Of a stretch of 64,000 bases of DNA, positions 30,647 through 39,573 are shown in pieces. The stretch lies in the sequence record SRR31156797_2215, one strand, 5' to 3'. The position numbers and the translations under genes were made by a program. Numbering within the stretch: the stretch's first letter is position 1; every line of letters starts with the position of its first letter. Under the pieces are notes generated by a model. That model worked only from the letters and a program-made list of their open reading frames with translations. It did not search any database and was not told the DNA's origin.

Positions 30647-31429
30647 GTGAATGAAGCAAAACAAGTCCCATGGACAGGAGAACCAAACCAACGAGCGATC
30701 AACTATTTGAATGAAGAAGGCAAAGTGATCGTCTGCCCAACCAAAGTCGGCTATATCATTGCCGTCTCTGATAAAAAAGGGCTGGAACGCAAGTTTTCAG
30801 CAAAGAATCGCAAGCGTAACAAACCAGGCGTCGTTCTTTGCAGCTCATTGGAGCAGCTACATGAATTAGCCGAATTAAATGCGGAAACCGCCGCCGTTTA
30901 TGAAACGTGTTGGAACAATGACGTGTTATTCGGTGCGATTTTGCCTTGGAAAGAATCAGGAAAAGCCTATATCCCAAAAGATGGTTCAGAAGAATTGATG
31001 ACGGACGTTCGGGGAACCAGCTGTTTCGTGATCAAATTCGGTGTCCCTGGTGAGCAGATCTCAAAAGAACTTTGGGATCAAAAAAAGAAATTGCTTTTCG
31101 CCAGCTCAGCGAACCCTTCAGGCAAAGGAAACCGCGGACTTGTTGAAGGGATCGGCGAACAAATCGCGCAAGAAGCCGATCTAATCATTGAAGGCAACGA
31201 CTATGTTGCATCGATCCAACCAGACAAAACGCTGGAAACCCGCTACGAACAAGGAGTCATGGTTTCTTTCGTTGATAAAGACGGTAACTTGATTCCAGAG
31301 CAAGGAGACCAACGCTCCATCACTCCCGCACCTGTCTTGATCCGTAAAGGACTCGATGTTGAAAAAATCCAAATGTACCTTTCTGATCACTTCAACTCAT
31401 GGGACTATCGCCACGGGGAGTATTATTAA
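30647..31429 (+). CDS. YrdC/Sua5 (TsaC)-like threonylcarbamoyl-AMP synthase paralog
   Basis: IVCPTKVGY (canonical PTETVYG), KNRKRNKP (KxR...KP), SSANPSG; GTG 9 nt after GGAGG (ATG 30638 also in frame). Confidence 0.8.
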   Translation: MNEAKQVPWTGEPNQRAINYLNEEGKVIVCPTKVGYIIAVSDKKGLERKFSAKNRKRNKPGVVLCSSLEQLHELAELNAETAAVYETCWNNDVLFGAILPWKESGKAYIPKDGSEELMTDVRGTSCFVIKFGVPGEQISKELWDQKKKLLFASSANPSGKGNRGLVEGIGEQIAQEADLIIEGNDYVASIQPDKTLETRYEQGVMVSFVDKDGNLIPEQGDQRSITPAPVLIRKGLDVEKIQMYLSDHFNSWDYRHGEYY

Positions 31430-31448
31430 TCTTTCATCGTCAACAAAG

Positions 31449-31514
31449 AACCGAAGAACCAGCTAACGGCCCTCCTTTTCAAGGAAAAACGCTCAGCTCG
31501 TTCTTCGGTTTTTC
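31449..31514. terminator. Long hairpin terminator at convergent junction
   Basis: aaccgaagaac-cagct...agct-cgttcttcggtt followed by T tract. Confidence 0.65.
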
Positions 31515-31536
31515 AATAGAAAAAAATACTTTTCTT

Positions 31537-31854
31537 CTATCGTGTTTCTTTCAAAAGCTGAATGATCTGTGCCTGTTGTTTGATGATCGTATCTTGTTGC
31601 TTGATTTTAATCCAGTTTTGGTCGATTTGGATAGCTGCTCCGAGATTTTTGTAACTAAGGTTGGGGATCTCCATGAAATGTATTCGGTGTGCAGATAAGT
31701 CATTAAAGATCTGAACAGACAGTCCCTCACTCAATTCATGAACCTCTTTTTCTACAATATACTGGTTGATCAGGTCTTCTACAGTCAAACGCTTTTTTCG
31801 TTTCTTGCCTTGTGTGCCATTCGAATTTTCAGATTTCTTGTTCGTACCAAACAT
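31537..31854 (-). CDS. Hypothetical protein with basic N-terminus and C-terminal coiled coil
   Basis: 105-aa ORF with strong AAAGGAG RBS. Confidence 0.65.
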   Translation of the reverse strand: MFGTNKKSENSNGTQGKKRKKRLTVEDLINQYIVEKEVHELSEGLSVQIFNDLSAHRIHFMEIPNLSYKNLGAAIQIDQNWIKIKQQDTIIKQQAQIIQLLKETR

Positions 31855-32061
31855 TTTTGTTCTCCTTTCGTTAGGTCATCCTTCCTCCATTTTGTGATTC
31901 CGTGTCTCTTCTTCAGTGACCAAAATAAAATTGAGCGAAACCTACATACGAACATTTTTTCATAAAATAGCATTATAATCTACATTTTGTTGTTTTTAAA
32001 GATAAAAAAGGAGATAAATTACGATCAGGTTTTCTCTGTCATAGAATTCCAACTCTATTTC

Positions 32062-32070
32062 TGCTATAAT
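32062..32070 (+). promoter_or_regulatory. Extended -10 promoter driving the RNHCP leader
   Basis: TGCTATAAT perfect TGn-TATAAT. Confidence 0.7.
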
Positions 32071-32098
32071 CCCCTCATAAACACATAGGAGGGACTCT

Positions 32099-32128
32099 AT
32101 GAAAAAGCATTCCTCAATTGCTTTCTAG
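32099..32128 (+). CDS. Putative leader peptide 1 (MKKHSSIAF)
   Basis: ATG...TAG directly after a strong AGGAGG SD, just downstream of the promoter. Confidence 0.55.
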   Translation: MKKHSSIAF

Positions 32129-32140
32129 GGGACGACGCCA

Positions 32141-32221
32141 ATGACAGTGACTTTGGACTACACTTACTGCTGGGTTGTGGGCTGCCGCAACACAGTGCTT
32201 AGCACAAAACGAAAAAACTAA
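32141..32221 (+). CDS. Putative leader peptide 2 (MTVTLDYTYCWVVGCRNTVLSTKRKN)
   Basis: AGGGGA SD overlaps the uORF1 stop, 8 nt before ATG. Confidence 0.4.
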   Translation: MTVTLDYTYCWVVGCRNTVLSTKRKN

Positions 32222-32368
32222 GCGTGGTACGGATTGCGAAATCGCATGAAGCTGGAAGCAGAAGTAATCGTTACGGACGGTGAATGTGTCCCTAGCCAAA
32301 GAAGCCTGATGAAGAACGAACGGAACCCTTTTCTCTCAAAAGAAATCATTCTTTTGGAGGAAAGCAAA

Positions 32369-32686
32369 ATGAGAAAAGGTGAAAATACGACCTTTGTTTG
32401 TAAAAACTGCAGTACGCCTGTGGCACCCTTGACCAATGGTTCTTACCGCAACCATTGTCCCCAGTGTCTCTACTCGTTACACGTGGATATTCGCCCAGGT
32501 GATCGTCAAAATACTTGCCATGGCCTGATGCGACCCATCGATTATCGCCAACATTCCAAAAAAGGCTATCAGCTGCTGCATCAATGCACTCGCTGCAAAA
32601 ACCAGCAGTGGAATATCGTGGCACAGGATACGCAACAGCCTGACCATTTTATTGAGTGGTTAGCTCAAACCGCTGCGTATCACTAA
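32369..32686 (+). CDS. RNHCP domain zinc-finger-like protein
   Basis: F.CKNC, RNHCPQCLYSLHVD..PGDR...C.G.M.P, H.CTRC; ATG after GGAGG. Confidence 0.9.
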   Translation: MRKGENTTFVCKNCSTPVAPLTNGSYRNHCPQCLYSLHVDIRPGDRQNTCHGLMRPIDYRQHSKKGYQLLHQCTRCKNQQWNIVAQDTQQPDHFIEWLAQTAAYH

Positions 32687-32694
32687 ACAGCCAA

Positions 32695-32724
32695 AGAAGA
32701 CCATGCTTCAGGCTGGTCTTTTTT
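32695..32724 (+). terminator. Terminator after RNHCP gene
   Basis: aagacca...tggtctt followed by T tract. Confidence 0.7.
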
Positions 32725-32802
32725 GGTAATCAGAACAACGGCCCCCTTATACCACTAACTGCTCATAGACATTGTCGTCATAAGAAGTGCTTACTTTAAC
32801 CT

Positions 32803-32855
32803 AAAAAAAACAGCTCGCTGTCTCGTCGATTGGTTGACGAAATCAGCGGGCTGTC
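32803..32855 (-). terminator. Terminator of efrCD-like operon
   Basis: A8 tract then acagctcgctg...cagcgggctgt stem. Confidence 0.65.
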
Positions 32856-32894
32856 CTGCTAGTGTCTTCTTGATGATTTTACGTTGGTTTGCGC

Positions 32895-34664
32895 TTATTC
32901 AAAAACGAATTGATTGTGATACAGTTCCGCATAAAAGCCGTCAGCCGCCACCAATTGATGGTGATTGCCTTCTTCAATGACTTCGCCGTCCTTTAAGACA
33001 ACGATGCGATCGGCATTCAAAATCGTCTTCAAGCGATGGGCGATCACAAAACTGGTTCGTCCTTTGATTGCTTCATCCATTGCTCGTTGAATTTTCGCTT
33101 CGGTCACGGTATCAACATTACTGGTGGCTTCATCCAAAATCAACAATTCTGGATTGGTCAAAATCGTTCGGGCAATACTCATCAATTGTTTTTGACCAGT
33201 ACTGAAAAGATTGTTCTCTTCGGTGATCTCCGTGTCATAGCCTTTTTCCAACGTCATAACAAACTCATGGATATTGGCTTGTTTCGCTGCTGCAATGACT
33301 TCTGCTTCGGTCGCTTCTGGTTTCCCAAAAGCAATGTTTTCACGAATCGTCCCTGAGAACAGCACGGATTCTTGCAAAACGATTCCCACTTGAGAACGCA
33401 GCAGATCCAAGTCTAGCTCCCGGATGTCGATGCCGTCAAAGGTCACAGAACCACCATTCACATCATAGAAGCGATTCAACAAGTTCATGATGGTCGTTTT
33501 TCCTGAACCAGTCGGTCCGACCAATGCGACCATTTCGCCTTTGTTGACCGTGATCGACACATCTTTTAGGACCAATTTTTGACTGTCATACCCAAAGTCC
33601 ACATGATTCAAAGCAACCGCCTCTTTGATGCCCTTCACTTTGATCCCGTCTTTTGGTTTGACCTCATCAGGTTCATCAAACATTTCATTGATTCTGCGCG
33701 CACCGGTGATCGCCAACTGAATCATGCTGTAACCAGAAGAGATCTGCATCAATGGTTGGTAATACTGCTGCGAATACTGGACAAAGGTCACAACTAATCC
33801 TAAAGCAACGGAACGTTCTAAGTCACCGTTCAATGCTAACCAGCCACCAAAGAAAATCACGATTGCCGTGTTCAACAAGGACATCCCTTGCATCAAGGGG
33901 AAAAGCAGCCCAGAGTAGACTTGCCCTTTGTAGGTAGCTTCCCGGACTTGTTGGTTGTGGACCAGAAAACCATCGATGGTTTCTTCTTGCAGTCCATTGG
34001 TGATGATGATTCGTTGACCACTGATTTTTTCATCGATATAGCCGTTTAATTTTCCGACTTCATCTTGCTGCAGATCGACATATTTGCGGGCTTTTTGGAT
34101 CACGATCACCGCGATCAACACCGCAATCGGGGTAGAAGCAATCGTTGCCCATGCCAATTCAACGTTTTGACGGAACATCATGATCAAGATCCCCACCATT
34201 AAGACTACATTGGTCAGCACTTGCAACAATGCTTGGTTCAGACTGTTTTGGATGTTATCCAAGTCACTGGTGAAACGGCTCAAAATATCACCGTCTTGAT
34301 GAGAATCAAAGAATTTGATCGTCAATTTTTCCAGTTTATTAAATAAACCGATCCGCATTCTGTTGGTTGATTTCCCCACCACTTGCGTGAACAAGATACT
34401 ATAGACAAAATTAGCTGCACTGGCTAAGACATAAAAAATCAACAGTTTCCAAATGATCGATAGAAAAGCCGATTTATCATCGACCCCTTGCATCAAACCG
34501 CCAACATAATTCGCCAATTCCTGGAACGCTTCTCCGATAAAGACTGGCGCTTGTACTTGCAGATACGTTGCCAGAATCACCGTCACAAAAATGAATAGAA
34601 ACGACCACTTGTATTGTTTTAAGTAATGGTAGAAAAATTTACTCGCTTTGAACAAATCTGTCAT
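32895..34664 (-). CDS. efrD: Heterodimeric multidrug ABC exporter, consensus-site subunit (EfrD/LmrD/PatB-like)
   Basis: N-terminus [41 protein letters not shown]. Confidence 0.8.
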   Translation of the reverse strand: MTDLFKASKFFYHYLKQYKWSFLFIFVTVILATYLQVQAPVFIGEAFQELANYVGGLMQGVDDKSAFLSIIWKLLIFYVLASAANFVYSILFTQVVGKSTNRMRIGLFNKLEKLTIKFFDSHQDGDILSRFTSDLDNIQNSLNQALLQVLTNVVLMVGILIMMFRQNVELAWATIASTPIAVLIAVIVIQKARKYVDLQQDEVGKLNGYIDEKISGQRIIITNGLQEETIDGFLVHNQQVREATYKGQVYSGLLFPLMQGMSLLNTAIVIFFGGWLALNGDLERSVALGLVVTFVQYSQQYYQPLMQISSGYSMIQLAITGARRINEMFDEPDEVKPKDGIKVKGIKEAVALNHVDFGYDSQKLVLKDVSITVNKGEMVALVGPTGSGKTTIMNLLNRFYDVNGGSVTFDGIDIRELDLDLLRSQVGIVLQESVLFSGTIRENIAFGKPEATEAEVIAAAKQANIHEFVMTLEKGYDTEITEENNLFSTGQKQLMSIARTILTNPELLILDEATSNVDTVTEAKIQRAMDEAIKGRTSFVIAHRLKTILNADRIVVLKDGEVIEEGNHHQLVAADGFYAELYHNQFVFE

Positions 34665-34666
34665 GG

Positions 34667-36376
34667 TTACTCCTCTCCTTTCTGTGTTGCGAAGATTTCT
34701 TGATAGATGGCATTGTTATTGGCTAAAAATTCATGGCTTCCTTCACCAACCAAACGTCCATTATCTAAAACGAAGATGCGGTCGGCTTTCACAACAGAGG
34801 CAATCTTTTGCGCGATAATGATTGTTGTCGTGTCTTTTAATTGTTTTTCAAACGCTTCGCGAACCAATTTTTCCGAACGAGCATCTAATGCACTCGTACT
34901 ATCATCCAAAATCAAAATTTTCGGTTCACCGATCACGCCTCGAGAAATCGATAAGCGTTGCTTTTGTCCTCCAGAAAAATTGCTGCTGCGCTCGGAGACC
35001 GGCGCTTCAAAACCCGCTGTCAATTTTTGAATAAATTCGCTGGCTTGAGCGATTTCTGTTGCGCGAGACATCTCAGACTCTGAGGCATCTTTTTTCCCTT
35101 GCCGTAAGTTTTGGGCAATCGTTCCTGAAAAGAGGATCGCTTTTTGCAAGACAAAAGCGACCGTTTTACGCAAGCTTTGTTCATTGACTTCTTTCAAGTC
35201 AACACCGCCAACCCGCACGACACCTTCTGTTGGGTCAAACAAACGGGGAATCAGTTGCGCCAGTGTTGATTTGCCGGCACCAGTCGCTCCTACGATCCCA
35301 ATCATTTCGCCAGGTTTGATGGTAAAACTGATAGCCGTTAGGGCATTTTTTTCATCCCCAGGGTAACGGAAGCTGACGTTTTCAAAAGCGACACTTCCAG
35401 ACAATTCTTGTTCTGGGACATCTTGGTATTGCAGATCCGGTTCGGTATCTAGAATCTCTTTGATCCGTTTTAGCGAAACTGCAGCCCGTGAAGTCATCAT
35501 CATCATCATGCCGCCGATAATGATCGCCATCATAATTTGCATCAAATAATTCATGAATGAGGCAATTCCCCCAATCAAAGTTGGGTCATCTTTCGCTAGA
35601 TCACTGACAAAGAAAATCGCGCCGACCACTGCTAAGTTGGCCGCCAGCATAAAGGAGGGGATCATTACAGAGAACAGGGTTCCTACAATAATATTATGCT
35701 TCGTTAACGTTTCACTGACTTTAGAAAAGCCTTGCAGTTGGTTGTCTTCTTGAACAAAAGATTTCACCACACGAATCCCCATCAAATTTTCTTTGGCAAT
35801 CCCATTGATTTTGTCGATCAAGTTCTGGATGATCATAAAGTGTTTGCCCATCCGTGTAAAGGATAGTGCCGTAATCACTAGGACAGCGATAATCAGTAAG
35901 ACGATGATCCACCACAGTTGCGGCATGGTTGTCATCGCCAAAATGAAGGCACCGATAAATAAGAACGGGATCCGAAACAACGATTGTAGCGAGATCATCA
36001 CTAAGTTTTGAATTTGCGTGATGTCATTGGTCAAGCGCACCACAAGATTTCCCGCTGAGAAGGTTTCGATATTTCCAAATGAGAATGTCTGGATTTTCCG
36101 AAACATCTCTTCCCGAATATCGGCACTAACGCCTTGCGCCACTTTCGCAGAAAAAACCGTGTTGATGATCCCTGCAACAAGGCCTAGCAATGCTAGCCCA
36201 ATCAACTGCACACCAATTTTTTTCATTTCATCATTGTTTTCGGTAATAATTGATTCTAGCACTTGCTGCAAGAGCTTTGGCTGCCATAATGCAGCAACGA
36301 CCATTAAAATGACCGATAATAAGGCAATGCTGGTTGCCGCTTTGTACTTTTTGACATGGCGTAAGACCAGATCCAT
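34667..36376 (-). CDS. efrC: Heterodimeric multidrug ABC exporter, degenerate-site subunit (EfrC/LmrC/PatA-like)
   Basis: [16 protein letters not shown], degenerate Walker B LDDSTS and switch IAQK. Confidence 0.8.
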   Translation of the reverse strand: MDLVLRHVKKYKAATSIALLSVILMVVAALWQPKLLQQVLESIITENNDEMKKIGVQLIGLALLGLVAGIINTVFSAKVAQGVSADIREEMFRKIQTFSFGNIETFSAGNLVVRLTNDITQIQNLVMISLQSLFRIPFLFIGAFILAMTTMPQLWWIIVLLIIAVLVITALSFTRMGKHFMIIQNLIDKINGIAKENLMGIRVVKSFVQEDNQLQGFSKVSETLTKHNIIVGTLFSVMIPSFMLAANLAVVGAIFFVSDLAKDDPTLIGGIASFMNYLMQIMMAIIIGGMMMMMTSRAAVSLKRIKEILDTEPDLQYQDVPEQELSGSVAFENVSFRYPGDEKNALTAISFTIKPGEMIGIVGATGAGKSTLAQLIPRLFDPTEGVVRVGGVDLKEVNEQSLRKTVAFVLQKAILFSGTIAQNLRQGKKDASESEMSRATEIAQASEFIQKLTAGFEAPVSERSSNFSGGQKQRLSISRGVIGEPKILILDDSTSALDARSEKLVREAFEKQLKDTTTIIIAQKIASVVKADRIFVLDNGRLVGEGSHEFLANNNAIYQEIFATQKGEE

Positions 36377-36475
36377 ATACGTACCACTCCTTTGTGTTTA
36401 GCAGAAAAGACTGCCAAAAAATTTCGGTTGCACAACAATTTACCATGGATCACGACTAGAAACAAGCGAACAAAT

Positions 36476-36506
36476 AAAACAAAAAGAGCTTTCATGAAAG
36501 CTCTTT
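36476..36506 (-). terminator. Terminator-like perfect palindrome upstream of efrC
   Basis: aaagagctttcatgaaagctcttt (24-bp perfect dyad) followed by a U-rich tract on the minus strand. Confidence 0.65.
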
Positions 36507-36620
36507 GAAAATATTGCATAAATGTTGGCGAAAATAACGAATAATAAAGGGATTATGATGATCCTCAAGAGGGTCTTCCTTATTTTCTGGCGCTAAATCT
36601 TTGACTTACGATTCGCTGTT

Positions 36621-37007
36621 TTACAGCTCACTTTTTTGTTTTTTTGTCAGTTTTTGTTTGACTAGATCGTAGGAAACCAAAATCATTTGTTCGATGTTTT
36701 CTTCCATCAAGGCATCAGATGCCAACTTGATGGTATTCCAATGGGTCTTATTGGCATAATACCCCGGAATGATGACGTCAGGAAATTGCTCTCGCAGCGT
36801 TTCGTTGACCTCGGGCAGATTTTTCAAAGTCAAAAATGCTGTTTCTTCTGCTTGCGGACTCATGATCCCAAACTGTTTTCCTACTAAATCAAAGTAGATT
36901 GCATCCCAATCTTCGCGGTAATAGACTTTGGCTCCCGGCAAGCCTTCCCCAAATGCTTGAAATCGCTGCATTTTTTGTGCAATTTTTTCTTCAATCGATG
37001 TACTCAT
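36621..37007 (-). CDS. MmcQ/YjbR family protein
   Basis: GK.F, LTLK, LR..FP..I.PGYY.NK.HWNTI, SYDLV...LTKK. Confidence 0.88.
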   Translation of the reverse strand: MSTSIEEKIAQKMQRFQAFGEGLPGAKVYYREDWDAIYFDLVGKQFGIMSPQAEETAFLTLKNLPEVNETLREQFPDVIIPGYYANKTHWNTIKLASDALMEENIEQMILVSYDLVKQKLTKKQKSEL

Positions 37008-37207
37008 TGTGTTTCCCTCACTTTCTACTATCAAAACCGTCATTTTCTGTCTCAATTTTGACAGATTGAATCGCTTTCTGCTCTATTTCCTACTATTATA
37101 CATGGTTGCCGTGTAAAAAGGGATTTTTTATCAATGGCATGTTGCCTGAAAATGACTCTTGAGAGTTGCATGCGGCGTTACATTCATTCATCTCTCTCAG
37201 AAGATAC

Positions 37208-37251
37208 AAAAAAACCCTTATCAGCGAGTAAGATGTACTCGCCAATAAGGG
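37208..37251 (-). terminator. Terminator of LysM gene
   Basis: cccttat..gcgagta..tactcgc..ataaggg with U tract on the minus strand. Confidence 0.75.
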
Positions 37252-37294
37252 CAATTGATTACTAGATGTCATGGACAAGATTCATTTTAGAATC

Positions 37295-37912
37295 TTAGTA
37301 CCAACCATTTGCTTCCCAGAATGCTTTGGCAGCAGACCAAGAACCATAACGTGATGCAACATATTCATCGGCAACCTTTTCTTGGTTAGCAGCTGAATAG
37401 TCACCATTTAAGTAAGAGTTGGTTAATTGGTAACGGCCGTAGTATTGTCCGTTTGTCGCTGTGTAAGAACCACCAGATTCTTTGTTTGCGATCCATTCTT
37501 TTGCTGAAGCTTCTGAGCCGCTAGCTGAAGAGCTGTAGCTTGAGCTGCTTTGTGTGCTTGCAGCAGCAGATTGTGTGTTGCTTGATTGTGAAGCTGCTGG
37601 TTCACTTGGTTGTTGTACACTTGCTGCAGCAGTCGTGTTTGCAGATTCTGTATAAGTGGCAGTGCCATCTGTAGGGATGATCAATGCTTCCCCAACAAAA
37701 ATCAAGTTTTTATCAGCAATCTCGTTTGCTTCAACGATCGCATTGATCGTATCATCAGAGCTATAACCGTAAAAGTTAGTAGCGATTGTTGATAATGTAT
37801 CACCAGATTGAACAGTGTATTGTTCGTCTGCAAAGGCGTCTTTCCCACCTAAGAAAAGGCCGAAACCGGCAAGGACAGCTGTACTAAGTAAAACAGTTTT
37901 TAAAGACTTCAT
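37295..37912 (-). CDS. Secreted LysM protein with Apf-like (aggregation-promoting factor) C-terminal domain
   Basis: Signal peptide (..AFA|D), LysM YTVQSGDTLS..IA, Ser/Ala/Gln linker, AKEWIA.KESGGSY.A.NG.YYGRYQL...FW..NGWY. Confidence 0.92.
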   Translation of the reverse strand: MKSLKTVLLSTAVLAGFGLFLGGKDAFADEQYTVQSGDTLSTIATNFYGYSSDDTINAIVEANEIADKNLIFVGEALIIPTDGTATYTESANTTAAASVQQPSEPAASQSSNTQSAAASTQSSSSYSSSASGSEASAKEWIANKESGGSYTATNGQYYGRYQLTNSYLNGDYSAANQEKVADEYVASRYGSWSAAKAFWEANGWY

Positions 37913-38240
37913 ATAATTAAATCTCCTTCTTTGAAACTCATTTTGCGTCATTTGAGATGACTCAAGCGCATAAACAAGTCTAACACCGAAGAATATTTCA
38001 TAGGTAAAGAAATCATTACAGATGATTACGAAAACGACAGTTGCCTTACGTTTCGTAAGAATTGAAAAAGACTATCATATCAAGCTTTTCTCTGCTGTAA
38101 TTTTTAACATTACAGTTATTTTGTTTCTAGGTAAACCAGTTAACCTTAGAAAACCTTTCCTATATTACAAAAAACCCTCTTTTTACACAGATTTGTAACA
38201 AAAGAAGGAACGAGACTAGGTCTCATTCCTCATTTACTTC

Positions 38241-39560
38241 CTATTTTTTCTTCACTGGGATCAATTTATTCATGACGATCGCCGCAATAGCGCTTAAAGC
38301 AATCGGTGAATCTAATAAATATTGTAAGAATTGAGGCGCAGATTCTTTGATTTCTGCTGGCATAAACAACAAGCCGATGGCAATAATCAATGGTACCCCG
38401 ATAATATACAACTCACGCTCGGAAAACTCTTCATTCTTAATGACCCGAAAGCCGCTCAACAAAATAATGACACAGACGACCGCGAACACGCCGCCGATGA
38501 CAGCAGAAGGTACTGCGTGAATCAAGGCTGAAAGTTTTCCCATGAAGGACAATAGGATAAACCAGACGGACGCCATCACAAAGACTTTTTTACTAGCAAC
38601 CCCGGTGATCGAAATGATCCCTGCATTGGTAGAATAACCAGTTACAGGTGTCGTTCCAACTAAGGCGGCAACCAAGCAGCCTAACCCTTCACCGATCACG
38701 CCTTTATTGATCTGTTCATCCGTAACAGGTTCTTCTGTCACAGAACTGACCGCGTACCAAGTTCCTGTTGTTTCTGCTAGGAGAACCATATAGATCACTA
38801 GCATCGTTAAGATCGCTGAAACATCAAAATGCAGGCCATAGTTTAGAAATACCAGTTTTGGCAGGCTAAAGAAAGAAGCATCCGCCACCGACTGAAAATC
38901 AACGCCTCCCATAAAGGAAGCAATCACGGTACCGATAACCAAAGCAATAATGACCGAACTGATTCGGAAGTATTTTCCCATTCCTGGAAAATAATCGCCT
39001 AACATGGAAAACAAGATCAAAATCGCCGCAGTAATCGCAGCTAACAACATGTTTTGATTGGCACTTAGTGTTTCAGTGGCAGGATAGATATTGCTAGTAA
39101 AGGCCGTTGGCAACAGCGTCAAACCAACGATCATGATGATCGTTCCACTGACGATCGTAGGAATAAAATGACGAACGATATACTTATAGATTCCAGTAAA
39201 ACCTAGTAAAATGACTGCTGCGGCACCAACAATGCTGGCACCTAACACCGTGTCCATGCCGTCGGCACCAAAATAAATACCGATGATCGCTCCAACGGGT
39301 ACAAAGGATGGTCCTTGACATACGGGTAATTTCAAGAAAAAGAGGACTTGGATCAAAGAAGCGATCCCTGCTCCTAAAAAGGTCGATTGGATCAAACCTG
39401 ATGCGTCTGAAGAGGACATCGCCACCGCGGTTGCGATAATAAATGGCGGCACATACACGTCCATTGCCAACACATGCTGTAATCCTAAAAGTACTGCTTG
39501 ACCAAAGGGAATGTCTTCGTTCATTCCGATCGTTAAATGTTTGTTTTTCGTTGATTCCAC
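38241..39560 (-). CDS. NCS2 family uracil/xanthine/guanine permease
   Basis: LGLQHVLAM, GPSF, NAT signature YSTNAGIISITG, P.AVIGG. Confidence 0.92.
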   Translation of the reverse strand: MESTKNKHLTIGMNEDIPFGQAVLLGLQHVLAMDVYVPPFIIATAVAMSSSDASGLIQSTFLGAGIASLIQVLFFLKLPVCQGPSFVPVGAIIGIYFGADGMDTVLGASIVGAAAVILLGFTGIYKYIVRHFIPTIVSGTIIMIVGLTLLPTAFTSNIYPATETLSANQNMLLAAITAAILILFSMLGDYFPGMGKYFRISSVIIALVIGTVIASFMGGVDFQSVADASFFSLPKLVFLNYGLHFDVSAILTMLVIYMVLLAETTGTWYAVSSVTEEPVTDEQINKGVIGEGLGCLVAALVGTTPVTGYSTNAGIISITGVASKKVFVMASVWFILLSFMGKLSALIHAVPSAVIGGVFAVVCVIILLSGFRVIKNEEFSERELYIIGVPLIIAIGLLFMPAEIKESAPQFLQYLLDSPIALSAIAAIVMNKLIPVKKK

Positions 39561-39573
39561 TGTCTCATTCTCC

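Larger units (their letters stand above)
32077..32368 (+). promoter_or_regulatory. Structured 5' leader / putative translational attenuator
   Basis: Two uORFs, several hairpins, a long-range closing stem and an SD-sequestering hairpin at 32328-32364. Confidence 0.6.

Noticed and set aside
32120-32300. tmRNA, 6S RNA or T-box as the identity of the structured leader
   Set aside because: No tRNA-like domain or tag ORF, no 6S-like central bubble and no T-box consensus recognised.
32234-32368. 45-codon N-terminal extension of the RNHCP ORF given in the track
   Set aside because: No SD before TTG 32234 or ATG 32246, while ATG 32369 has GGAGG and begins just before the domain; the region is better explained as leader RNA.
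37500-37660. Low-complexity gct/tgc-rich stretch as a tandem repeat or CRISPR
   Set aside because: It encodes the Ser/Ala/Gln linker of the LysM protein and has no repeat-spacer periodicity.
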